64,000 bases of DNA, from contig CM120640.1 in the NCBI GenBank assembly GCA_051362555.1, forward strand, positions 19,902,001 through 19,966,000, read 5' to 3'. The DNA comes from Lingula anatina. Lineage: Eukaryota > Animalia > Brachiopoda. Below, piece by piece: positions 14,232 to 27,127 of the stretch. Positions within the stretch are counted from its first letter, which is position 1. Each line of letters starts with the position of its first letter. A model generated the notes under the pieces. It saw nothing but the letters and a program-made list of their open reading frames with translations, did no database searches and was not told the origin of the DNA. A program made the translations under genes and the position numbers.

Positions 14232-14395
14232 CTTTCAGTCCTGCTGTGTGGTGAAAAGTATACTATCTCCATAGCAACAAAGCTTTCTTTTGCTCTTTTG
14301 ACCCTGCATTTTTTGAAAACTAGTGGAGCATTAAGTTTATAATCAGCAAAACAGTTGGGGACTATGTTGGTTAAGGCACACTGGATGAGTACCAT
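14232..14395 (-). CDS. Candidate alternative first coding exon (54 codons + 2 nt): MVLIQCALTNIVPNCFADYKLNAPLVFKKCRVKRAKESFVAMEIVYFSPHSRTE(R)
   Basis: ATG in a tccATGG context, open frame, donor AAG|gtactc in phase 2 (compatible with the 4653 acceptor). Upstream on the minus strand are TATAAAAG (14514-14507) and two CCAAT boxes. The intronic part of the donor is weak. Confidence 0.3.
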
Positions 14396-14506
14396 GGAAG
14401 TAGTTATATATACTTCAGTTGCTGGGACAACTTTGGGTTCATAACACAACAGGCTTGGTGGTCAGTAAATAGAGATCATTGCAGGACTTTCCTTGTCTTA
14501 CTTAGA

Positions 14507-14741
14507 CTTTTATACTACAAATTCTTAAAATTGGAACCACAACCTTGATAAACAAAACATCTGCTGGAAAGAGAAAATTGTTCCAAAATTAATGAAAGGT
14601 GACCATTTCTCTCCTGAACTTCAGATAGACTCCCTTTCAGCTTCACTTTTCTTGACACACTCCAGGTTTTGAGGTAATCCAAGTGTGAACTCCCCAAATC
14701 TCAGCCAAGAGCAGCCCCAAGCGGCATTGGACGGTCATTGG
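14507..14741 (-). promoter_or_regulatory. Candidate internal promoter (two CCAAT boxes and a TATA box)
   Basis: ATTGG at 14726-14730 and 14737-14741 in a GC-richer block, and TATAAAAG at 14514-14507 on the minus strand, upstream of the 14395 ATG. Motif evidence only. Confidence 0.25.
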
Positions 14742-16218
14742 CAGCTCGAGGAGAGTTGAGAGGCACAGGGAGCCAGTAAGGAGAGACCTGTTTGATTTGA
14801 AGACCCCCCTGAGAGAAAGTTCTTGTTAGTTTTGCCATTCATCTGAACAAGCCTTCCTCCTGCTGAAACCACTCCTGATGCTCTTCAAACGAAGACAGAA
14901 GTGTTTACACCAGCTACTGAGCTCAGCAGTTCAGCAAAAACTTCAACATGAAGGGTTACACACTTGAAACACCTAACAAACAAGGGAGATCTACAAATAC
15001 AGGGAAAAAACAACATAACACACATCACACATAAGCTTCAACAAACATATCCAACACTGACCTTCCAAAGCAAAAGAGGGCAGGGGCAACCAGCAATTGA
15101 AAAAGAAGGGCTCTTTTCATACAAGCCAAGAACGCAAACTAAAACTGACCCAAACCACAAATCTCTCATTTCAAACAGAAAACTAGTTGACTCTGTTTTC
15201 AAGACTCTGCAATAAAACTGATATGCACGGCGTGTTGCTTCAAAATTGTTAGTTTTTCTTGTCTAATCATTTCTGTCTAATAGTTCTTCTTCTTAAAAAA
15301 ATAGACTTGCTCTTTTTTCATTATCAAAGAATTGTTCACTCATTTCAAGTTAGACTAAATTAAAACATTGTTTCATGCGACTTCAAAATTTCTCATATAG
15401 TAAAACACCAAAATTGTCAGGCTACAATGCAAGAATTCATTGATTCCTCTGGTATCTTCTCAGCAACAGGATAACTGTCCATAATGTTCCCGTAATAGCA
15501 ATATGACATCAACGGCACAGTTACAAAATCACAGACAGCCACAGTAGCATGCTGCGCCAAGAGATTGTTGGCTTATTAGATTACTATTACAGCGTATTTT
15601 TGTTTTTCCATCAACCCTGAATACTTGGTGGGCATTACAAAAACCAATATTGAAAACAAACATTTTTTATTATCCCCCCCTTTAATGCTTTTAATTCTGC
15701 TGAAAATTTATTTTTCCCATTTCATTCAGTTATTTTTTCATGTTTATTAAAAATTTCTGCAAATAGCATTGCCTTTCACATTTTCATTTGATAATAAAGC
15801 TTAAGATGAAATTTGAGATTCATATTCTAGAATGATTCAAGATGATAATCTCTTTTCAAAATTTAATTCTGAGTCCAACCCCCCTCCCCTATCCTTTTGT
15901 TTTTACCACTAGGGAGATCAAGACATGTTATATGGAATTACTACATGACAGCCAACACCACCACGTCAACAATACAGAATCTCCAGTTTCTCCTCAAGAG
16001 AAACTAGTATAGCTGTTTATTAACCCCAAAAGTGTGCCCGGATTATTTACAAACATGGCAATCTTATAGGTAATCTTCACAATTATTCACAATCGCAGAC
16101 CTCTAATTTTACATGCATGCTTATATCAATACAGATAGAGAGATACTACATCTAATACTGCCACCAAGTACGTACCCATTTGGCCAATCACACATATATA
16201 TATTTGTCAATCCCTTAC

Positions 16219-16283
16219 CTCGGTGTATGGATGCCTGTGATGTCAGTATCTGTGGTCTCGTTTTCTGAGCGCGCCCTTTTAAC
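16219..16283 (-). CDS. eya: Coding exon (65 nt) of a putative eyes absent (Eya) gene, N-terminal region: VKRARSENETTDTDITGIHTP(R)
   Basis: Seen: minus strand reads tttttgtatctttgcag|GTTAAAAGGGCGCGC...ACACCGAG|gtaagg, with a strong acceptor and donor, an open frame, phase 0 in and phase 2 out. It joins the 4538-4653 exon in frame (AG+G=Arg). Recalled from memory, not searched: EYA4 VKKTCTESD...NSR, EYA3 VKKAK and Drosophila Eya VKRPKTD occupy the same position, and the EYA4 exon has the same 0/2 phases. Confidence 0.72.
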
Positions 16284-19200
16284 CTGCAAAGATACAAAAA
16301 GTGGAAGCTGTTTGAGGAGCTGTTGAATTCTTTTAACAACAAGGCATTTCTAAATCTCTCATGCACATGTTAATTATATCCATCTGATATTAAAATCACT
16401 CATCCATTTTTCAACACTCGTGACTGACTTCAGACCTAGCTTCTTACATACTCCAGGATAATGTCGTGCCATTGAAAAAAGGTGCCAGGAAGTTTGTTAA
16501 CATAATTTTCAGGACAAATGCATTCAATGAGATATTTTTAACAATTTGAATCAATGGGAAAAACATTATCTGTAGAAATCAAACAAGGCAAAAACATGAC
16601 TTCAACTTCAAAAGAGCCATGTTTCGAAGTGTCCCTCTGTCAATTTTGTTTTACTTCCTGTGGAACGCTTTGCTTAAAGAGAGATAACCAGAATATAAAC
16701 AATATTCTATTAGGTGATTAACTCACTGATCTGTCTGCAGCTGTGCAGCAACAACAAAAAAGTTAGTGAGAGACGGGGAGAGATGTTAAATTACACATGC
16801 AACAAAACTGATTAAATCTAAAATTCTGACCAAATTTGCCAGGAGTTAACTTATTTTGGGGCAATTTTTACAGCTGCATCAAACAATTCTGCATGAGATA
16901 TTAAGCTGAGCAACAATAATAGCTGGTCCTGTCTAGGGAAGAACCGATTTGCTATGTGTAACTGCTCTTTAATAGAGATCTAGATATTTCCACCAAGTAC
17001 TATTTTTGCTGAGCAGTGAGAGACTACATTCAGCGGTCCAGTCAAATCAAATGCTTTTAAATATTTAACTCCAGGAAGGAGGCTTCCATTTGACTAATCA
17101 AGTAGGCAAGCTTCAAAGGTCTTCTCCCTGTTCTGCATGCTAGCCTTAATTTCTGTGTCTGGTGCAGAGCAATGATAAAATTATAAAAGGTGAGGAAACA
17201 CTGGTAAATTTGTTCATTGCAAAGTTGATGGAGCAATTATGATTTCTCATTAGCAGATTCACTGTACCTTACAGGCAATTTCAATTGATAACCACAAGGC
17301 TAAAATAATATTAGATGATAACACCCTGTGACTCCTTTGCTAACTGAAGATAAAATACCTGACATACTAATAATCAAGAATCCATTACCAAACATATTTA
17401 ATCAAATTAAATGAAATCAGCTCATAGGAAGCCCCCAAAAGCCAAATCATACCTAGATAAAAAAGTTCATATATGATACCGATGAGTTCCTGAATGTACG
17501 AACATTCCAAGAAGTGCCGTGGCATTTCTTATTTGTAAATTTGCACAAGAGCAATGTTTGGAAACAATTTCAAACAATTTTCTTCTCCTTCAATGATTGG
17601 CAGAGCAGTTAAAAAAAAAACAAAAAAACCAAGAGCGAAAATTTACCTCCAAAACTTCATTCACTTTTATGATCAGGGTGACAGTACCAGCAACACCTCA
17701 CATGGCAGTAAGATACATAAAAAATTGAACAGCCAATCATCCTCTCATTTATAAATTATATTTTTCTTTTGTTCACCAACCCTTCAGATGACAATTAACT
17801 AAGATTGAAATCTCTGGCAAACATGAATATTATATCAAATTTTGAAAGAAACCACATCTCTGGAAAGAGCAAACAATCTACTCAAGAACTAAGGTACCAA
17901 AACCTAACAGAGTATAAATTAACTACAGAGAACTGATTTCAGTTGACAAGCCAATGAATTCTGGATATCAAATCAAACTTGAAATCAAAAAGCTTCACCA
18001 ACAGACATTCTTATCAAATCTCTTTGACCAAAATCCACATTAAATACTATAGAATATGCCCAAATGTCCTACCATACAAAGAGACTGAAAAGTTGGATCA
18101 ATCAACATCACCACTGGCCTGAAGGAAATAGCTGACCACTAATGTGGCTATAAAATCTCATCTGCTCTTCCTCAATCTGCTTTGCAGTCTTGCTACTACA
18201 CTCCTATCGCTGATATTTCTCCCCTGCTATTCAGAGAGGTTATGCAGAGGCCCCAATTTGCTTGCCGTGTATTTGCATACTATAGGGACAGAAGTGCGTG
18301 TACATATACTGAGCAATTAGTGAGGGTCAGGCAAGGAGAGCCACTCAGGAGGGGAGAGGTGGAGAGAGAGAAAGAAAAGGAATGTGCCAACACAGGTGGC
18401 AACAAGAGAACTGATGAGTGAGAAGGGAGAGACATGGCATTCCTCTCTGGTTTCAATTAAAATCGAAGAATCTTTAGATTTTGCTCTTATTCCCACTGAA
18501 ATTCACCCCTGTTCTCATGCACTATAATTTGAGTTCTGATTTACATTTTTTCAAGAGGGTCTGAATTTCTGAACATCATCATCCACTCCACAGTTTGTTT
18601 GCAAACTGCCACTGACAAAAATAATCTCAAGCATATTCCTGACAAAAGAAGATGGATGGGTCTGATAATGGTTGTTGCCTCTCTAAACATCAGCTTTGCT
18701 AAACCAATGTTGCCTCCAAATAATTAGTTTTGAGAAGGGTGAAACTATTTTATCATTTATAGTCAGTGTCCATGTAGAATGCAAATTATGCTTCTAGATA
18801 ACTGACATAACTAGTCTTTGAAAATGAATCCCCATTTACAGTAATTAACTTTTTGTATGGGTGTACCCAATTTGCATAGGCATTTCTTATATCTAATTCC
18901 CCTAATATTTCTCTCCCATACTGTTAAAAAACATTTTACATTTGCTATTTATTTTCCATATAAAATCCAGTGGGGTACATGAAGCAAAACCCAACAGTTA
19001 AGTCTGTTTCTACTTCCAAATGGAACAGCCAAAAATTAATCAGACAACTATGACCCCTAGGGGGCTTTAACCCAGACAAGCCCGATCCAATCTAATCATA
19101 ATATAAACATCATTTTTGCCTGCTTAACACTGGAAACATAATTAAACCTAGGTTAACCCTAGGGCTACTTTTTTCTAAAACATGACCAGGAAAAAATCAA

Positions 19201-22200
19201 GATTAAGCCAAGGGGGTGTCTAAATAAACATTGAAATGTCATTATAGGGAGAAGAGTAAACTGGGGCAGAAGAAATTCTCTTCAAGTAGGATATTTTCAG
19301 TTCTTCATTTTAAGCATGCTATGGTGTGAAGAAGTCATGCCCTGGACAGATCAAACATGCATGTTTTGATGAGCAAAAACAAGTTTTCACCAAATATACA
19401 TCACCGTTTGTATTTTAAAAATCTTTTTGAAGTCTCCCAGCATGGGCAGGAAAATAATTTGTGAAACAGCTTCTCATCGCTTGATCTTTTATACAGAATG
19501 ATTAAGAGTGATTTATATGAAAGGGGTGGTACCCCTGGAGTTTGGACCAATTAACAAGTGACCTCGCTTTTGAACATTCAAAAATTTGCTGGCCCACACA
19601 AGTTTTCTTTTTTGTCTTAAAAAATAGCTCTGGAGAGCACCACAAATATCCAGATTCCCAGGAAATACTACCACGAGTGTACCCTGGAACTGGATAGCTA
19701 ACACTCCACCTCCTCTCATCTCTGCCTGGCTGGGTGTTCTCTATTAAGAAGCATTTTTTACAAGCTACTTCATTTATGGTCCGATTTGCTTTTCATTTTC
19801 TTTTTCTTCCCTTAATCAAAAGTGACAAGTTCGATGTTTTTCAGCCTTCTTTAAAGTGTCAAGGGACTAGAATAAATGCAGCATATTATGGTTTATATTT
19901 CGATGGTCCAGTGAGCAATTCCAATTGAATTTTTTTTTTAAACTCTGAAAGTTTGTTTTTCTGAATTTTACTGAATTTATTAAGCTCTAGCTAGCAAAAA
20001 CATGTGCTGAGTTAAATTGTTTCAAGTAAAAAAAAAATTAAAATTAATTAGGCCTTTGGCATAAATGAACTTGAGCCTCTCTATATCATAAGTGAACTTC
20101 TGTTTTGTAAATTAAAGTCCCTTTTTTGAAAATAATTAATGACAACCAAGTTTTGTTTTTAAAAATCTTTTCCCAAAATGATGGATTTCCCTGATTGTTT
20201 TCTACAGCAAGAATTTAGTCACCTACTTTTGCATCTATCTGTCTGCCACATTCACCACCATTCCCCTCTCTCACACTTTTCAATCTAAACAAAAACTTCA
20301 ATCAAACCGACCTGTGCATTAAATTCACTTTAAACTCCCATCTGTAGGATCTCCCAAAAAGTGACAGATGCTGCTAATAAATTCTGATAAAAGCCTCTGA
20401 TAGCACTTACAACACATCTCTTCCCCTCATAGTACATTTTCTACAAGATTGATGGCAATACACAAAGTGGCTAATAACCCCGCTCAGGGCATTATACCCT
20501 ACAACATATGTTATGCCAGTTTTAAAGTAGTTTTAAATCCCTAACCAGTCTTTGTAATAATACTTGCATAAATAATACACCTTTTCTATATATACAACAT
20601 CGGGTAAGACACATCCCTTTTATCCTGGGGGGAACACACTTAAATAAGTTAATGTCTTTTAAGAGTAACCTCGCCAAAAGATATGAATGTCAACGTATAA
20701 TTTTTAATAACATTTAATGGAATAATGGACGATAAGAAACATATTGAATATTTAGGCTTTAAAAAAATTTTAACATAGGCAAATTTGATGAGAAGACAGC
20801 TTGCAAAATGAAGAAACTAAAATAGAGCTAACCAAATCAAACAAAATCATGTTATATACATTTTAAATAAAGCTTTACCAACTGTCACAATTTTTCAGGG
20901 TGTTTGATTTTAATAGATACACACAGTTTTAACCAATGGTGATTATTTCAGTTGATCACATTCCATAATATTTACCAGCAAGCCAGTGCTTAGTTTTATT
21001 CCTATTCTAATTGAATTCAGACTTATAGGTGCTCCATGCAAAATTGTCATCAGAACCCAATTACCCATGCAGCATCCCCACCAAGTCAATGTGACACATG
21101 GCTGGGTGACAAATACTTCCTTTTCTGATATAATTCTGCATCATGATCGTTGTCACCATTTGTTTCAATTAACCGTTTTTCTATCCTCAAGATGAAAATG
21201 TCATGATAAAGACATGATGGATCTTTCTGCCATTAGAAAGAGGCAGCCATTGAGACATGCATGCTGTAAGAGCTATTGGTCCATTAGAGCTTCTTGTTGT
21301 TTGATTAATAAGCCTGTGATATTTGCTAAAGAAATTACCCCTTCTATCATAATAGTGACCAAAGGGCCATAAATGTTTACCTTCAGGCAGGTGTCTAAAT
21401 CCGGAAAAGAGTGGCAGTCAAGCCAGCAAGGTTGCAGTTGCATTTAAATATTATTGTTATACTTAAAAAAAAAATAGACAGGGTTGTTTCTTAATGAAGA
21501 CTGTCAATGTCAATCAAAAATCATGAGGTGTGAAAATGTTATTTATCACCAATGGTCAGTATGCTTTTTCCCTTTCCTATAATTACACTTGAAAAAAGGT
21601 TGTCGGAAACAGTCACATTTTATTTTTTATTTATTTTTTTGCAACAATTTTGGACTGCAACCTATTTAATAATAAAAAGTGTCTTCATTGGTGACTACTT
21701 AAGTGTTTTTATTGGTTATTGTAATGCAAAGATAATGATGGAAACCATCTTAAATTCTTAATAAACACCATGACCAAAGAGAAATAAAATTGACAAATAA
21801 ACCATTAGTCTTATCCTGAGGCTATTCCTTCTTTCTGTGGTTCTGAGTAAATTATGCAGAATTTACATATGGTTATATAAAAGGTAAAAATCAATAGTTG
21901 GGAATGGACATTGTTTGACCGATCTCATTCTGGTGGACCCGAACATTACTCATGACATATTAAGGTTAGATCAAAAAAATTTTTTTTCTGTATCATGAAT
22001 CCAAATTATGTAATTTTTTAAAACAACTTTTAAATAGTTACCCTTTCCAAAAAAGATTAAATAAAGTTAAATGAAACAATAATACTTTTTGAAAAATTGT
22101 TTATGTTAAAATTTAGATTCTAATCAAATGATTTTATCCTTCAGATGGCTGAAAAGAAATTCTGTAATACAGTAAGATAAGGTGACAAGTTGTAACACCT

Positions 22201-25200
22201 TAACACACTGAAGTCCTATAAAATTTTGAAGTTTTATAAAACAGTACACTCTACCTGAAGAAAAATGCCTATGTCCCTTCTAGTGAAATTTGACCAGACG
22301 TAAAAGAAACCTGTTAATACCCAATAATACACTGTTTATATGCGTGTGTCTTTGGCATTCAAGACCTATTGTGAAACTGCCCTCCATACAAAATTAATGT
22401 GTTCGGCCAAACATGTATCCAGTCAAGGTCCCAGCAAGCGCCCCGGGTAACCGGCTCCATCCTTCGCACTCTGATGCCTCCGAGGTCAAACGACACCCCA
22501 AAAGATCAAGTCCACAATACAGGTAGTCCCTTTGCCATCCAGTTGCCGCTTCAATAGAATCTCGACCTTGTGACAAGGTGGAAAGCCCTTTATGATTAAT
22601 TACAGAAGACCCAGTTCATTACGAATGCAGCGCAAGCATCCAAGGCTCTGCCAACAATGGGATCACACATTACTGTTTTGATACCTTCATCCCAGGTATT
22701 CTGCAGTGCAACAATACTACTCTTCAAGCTTGTGAACACAATAATTATATGCCTATGAGGCACATTTAATGAAAAATGTAACTTTACATGGTCAACAGAA
22801 AGGGCAAGGATGAGAGTACGTAATTCAGGTAGGAGGCCAGTGTGAAATCCTTACATCATTTTCATTATGCGATTACACTGTAAGTCACTCCCTTACAAGA
22901 AAGATGCAATGCAGTTTAGGCTTATGGATATCATAATGCGTCTGAAACTTTCAGAAGTTCTTAGACTGAAGCACTGGAACATCATCTTCCATAAACCTAA
23001 CGCCTCCACTCTCCGGAGAAAAAAAGGGCACTTATTGCCTAGCAACCTCTGCAGAAGCAGCCAATCTAAGCTTGGTTTCACAATGAAAAGTATATTGTAC
23101 CGGACGAAAATAATACTTACATAAAAGGCAGAAGGTGCTATGGTGTATCGCAGTAACTACATATCCTCTACATTTATTGTCACAGAGCCTTCACCTAGCA
23201 GCCTGGATGCCAGTAATGTGACTGCCTTACAGACACATCCCACAGTGAGAGGTATTTATTCAAATTGGCTGTCAATCACGAGAAGAAAAAACACAAGAGG
23301 CCATGAATGTGTGTATGGCTGTATGGCACGAATTGGCAGAATGATTAGAGAATGACAACGTTGTTGCACTTTGTGATTATCTGATGCAGAAAGCTAATGT
23401 ACATACTGGCATTCTTTCTCATTTTGTTTGTTATATTGACTTGAGGAAATGAACTAACAAAGGCTTTTCGCAGCCTTTGTATTTGCTAGCAAAATGCACA
23501 CTGGTTTTAAGGAGCAAATCTCACCAGGGGGAGCTAGTCACTATTCAGAAGTTAATGTTGCAAAAGATTTCACTGATGTATGTTGCATTTTTCCTACATA
23601 CTGTTCATCATTCTTTATGTAATCAGCATTTTCCTAAATAAAATAAACTTCTTCAGCATTTCATCTTAAACAAAATGTTTTACAAATATTGTAATTTGTT
23701 GCAAAATTGTGAAACATCAAGCACTTCTTTACATTCAATTAACTTGTCCTAATCTGGATCTCAATAAAACTTTTGTTCACCATGTAGTCAACCAGTAAAA
23801 ATGCAAAGAACTAGCAATCTAAACAAGGTTTTCAATACGACAAAAGGCATTCTAAATATTCCACATTAAGTTGCACAAAGGTAGCCTTTAAAAATAAAGG
23901 TCGCCTTCATTTTTATTCAAAACAAGCCATCCTTTACGTGGGACAACAGTCATGTCTCTTTAACGGGGAATCCACCCTGTACACATCTCCTCAAAAACAT
24001 ATGCTTACAACAAAGGAATTCTCTTGATTGTGTGAAGTCATCTGTGGACCCATAACTCTGCAGTTTCAATAAAGAACTTATATATATGTCAATCTGGGTG
24101 AGAAACAGTTCATGTGTGTTGGGACAATAGTTTTGGCTGCATCTTTTTCCTTGAATAATGGAGACGAATAAAAAATGCAAGAAAAGACAACCAGTTCAAA
24201 AGATATTTTACGAACGTAGCTAGCATATAGGGTTATGTAACAGACAGAGCAAAAAATACCAAATTTAATAAATCAAATGACAATCTTTTGGTAACCTGTC
24301 TTTTGGTGTTTGAAATCAGAGACAGAAAGAGGGGAAGGAAGCCTGGAAGGGGGTCATATAGGGAGGGAGGAAATGCAAGGTTTTTTTTATCAATTAATAC
24401 AAGTCAATCACCCTCTCAATCAGAGAATTGGAATCAGGTGTGACTGTGACAATAAACAAAAACTACTTTTTAATCATCGTAAGTGCTGCATTTTTCAAAA
24501 ATACCAACATACATTTAGCCAATATTGTTGTACCCCCAGAAATCAGATTAATGACAACTGTAGAAACAAATTCCATGAAAAGCTATTAATTTAGTCGCAA
24601 AAAGGATAATCCCATTTTGCAGTACTTTTCATTATTTGTGTCAAAACTGAACTATCTGGAGATGAATCAGCATGGCACTTGCACATGTGTCTAGCAGTGA
24701 AAATATCAAAAATGTGATTATGGCACTTTATTAAATGAAATCCTCACAAAGTGGGTCTTGAAAATCTTGCAAATTTCACTCGATTTTGGCAAATGCAATT
24801 TATTAGTGGCCAAGCATAAGCATTAATGAAGACCTGTCATTCCTCATCCATCAAATGGCGTTGTTGGAGGAAAATTATGTTATTGCTTACTATTAGACCC
24901 TGCTGTGAAAGAAAGCTTTTTGAAGAAAAAATGACACAGATCACTTTTTTTCTCTCTTCAACCTACACGAAAGAGCCAGATGGACTGAACAGACTAGAAA
25001 GCTTTTGTTCAATATTTTTCAAGAAGTACAGGTGGCAAAGCAAAAAGCCAATCTACAGATAAGTGCACTTCTATTCAGGGAACAATTTTTGTTTCAACAG
25101 TCTGCAATCAAAAATGTGTTCTTTGCATGTATATATTTAAATCAAGACACACTTTAATTCAAAATCATGCCTCAAAATAATAAACTGTCAACTTGGATAA

Positions 25201-27072
25201 ATCTGCCTAGATTATCACTTCCACAACCATGGTTCTGTTTCTAAAATACTTATTGAAAATTAAAGTGATAATAACTCTTCGTTTCGGCCAAAAAATGAAT
25301 TTTCCTGGAGTAAACAACAATTTTCCCATACTTACCAATGGTTAATGAATCCATTTTTACATTCAAAGTTAGTCCCTGGTTTTTTTCTAAAAAGTTTGGT
25401 TTTTTGTTAAAATCTCTTAAGAGATTTTAACAGAGTATAGCCATCAATGGAGGTCACGTGGTCTAAAGACAAGCTCAGATATCAGAATAATAGCTATAAC
25501 AGCCGTTTTTGTGGGAAAACAGAATATATTATATTTTTATGAGTCACTCACAATGTTTTTATTGTGAAATACAGATTTCATATGAAGAGTTATTATCCCT
25601 TTAAGTCTTTGCTATTCAAAATTTATATTTTTACATGAAACATTCATGGTTCTATTGTGCAAAATAAAATAAATAAATAACTAAATAATAATAATGCTCT
25701 TCTCCTGTCTGATGAAAATCTTGCCAATTACAACTAGGAGAATACATTCAAAAATGTACAAAACCATGTTCATTTACTGCTTATTTATACATCTATGACA
25801 TAATAAATTTTCAATGCATCATTGACAAATATCCAGTTAACACTACAGTCATTTACAAATTCAAACTATTATACACATAATTCAAACAAAATTATAAGTA
25901 GCAAAATGTTTCACAATTCAAATAAGTGTGATACTGTGAAATGAAGGTTTCTATAAACCAATTTCTCAAAATCCTGCTAGATCCTGCTGGATTTCTGAGT
26001 GCCATTCCAATAACTCATTGGAACTGGAAATTGGTAAGGGGCTAATTGTGTATAAGAACATGGGACCAAAACCCAGACCAGCCTCCTATTTGCCTACATC
26101 CTGTTACCTTCTAGTGTTCAAAAACTAACCCTAAGGTTGTTGAGATGTCCGACATGTAGATAATAACTCAAATAAAAATGGATGACAAAAAACCAGAGTA
26201 GGAACAGTACAGCAAATGGCACTATTTGCATAGAATGTTCACCTGTTCTTAGCAGGGACAAGGTCTTGTTACTGCTGTTGTTTTCAGTTTATAAAAAGTC
26301 ACTAGAAAGCAAGTTTCTACTAATATCATATGTCTTATAAATCAAAATGGCTGACAAGCATAGAAACTGGTTTAACATAAAGATTTGTCCTGTGGCTAGG
26401 TTAAAAAACTGACTTTGAATAGCTCACTTACATCACATGATGTCATCAGATTTTTATGCATATCTCAAAAATGTGCATGTTATGTTGAGCTTTCATAAAC
26501 CGATTTGTATTTTATATTTTTAAAAGGCTCTTGCAACATAGGACAAAAAATCCTTAGTATCATCAGGGGGTCCATCATGGGGTTCGATTGGCAAGAATGT
26601 GCAATAAAATTCTTTCAATCACTCCAAAATGGAAGAGACAAATTAACAGAATGCATGAAGTCCTTATATCATTCGTGTGCAAACCAAGGGCCCCAAAATG
26701 TAAAGTATTAGTTATATCATTATGTATGTAACAATTCATATAAAAAAATGCAAATATCAGTTGTATATAGACTTTGCAACATTTGTGGAAAAATAAAAAA
26801 TGCTTAATGATGTGCAACTTACGAAACTGCATCAATATGACCTCAATCTAAGTTATGTGGAAAGAAAGTGTTTAAACATCCATCAGCTGCTGAAATATGC
26901 AGCTTTGTATACTGATAGTGAAAGACGTCTGTTGAAATACTGTATTTGGTAAAATGAGCTTAGAAAACTGTATATGTGCCAAAAGTATATGAAATGTCTC
27001 TGTCTGCATGTTTGCATCTTTTCAAGATGATTATCACTTTATTTATACAAATGTGACAGAGACAAACTCAAT

Positions 27073-27076
<4 letters not shown>

Positions 27077-27126
<50 letters not shown>
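27077..27126. repeat. Pure poly(A) tract, 50 nt (poly-U on the presumed transcript)
   Basis: Direct count. Confidence 0.95.

Positions 27127-27127
<1 letters not shown>

Larger units (their letters stand above)
4654..16218 (-). other. GT-AG intron (11,565 nt) between the two Eya-like exons
   Basis: Donor gtaagg at 16218-16213 and acceptor tacag ending at 4654; the flanking exons are phase-compatible. Confidence 0.7.

Noticed and set aside
27077-27126. Poly(A) tail of a retrocopy or SINE
   Set aside because: No properly spaced polyadenylation signal, Pol III boxes or target-site duplication found. The tract length may also be assembly-dependent.
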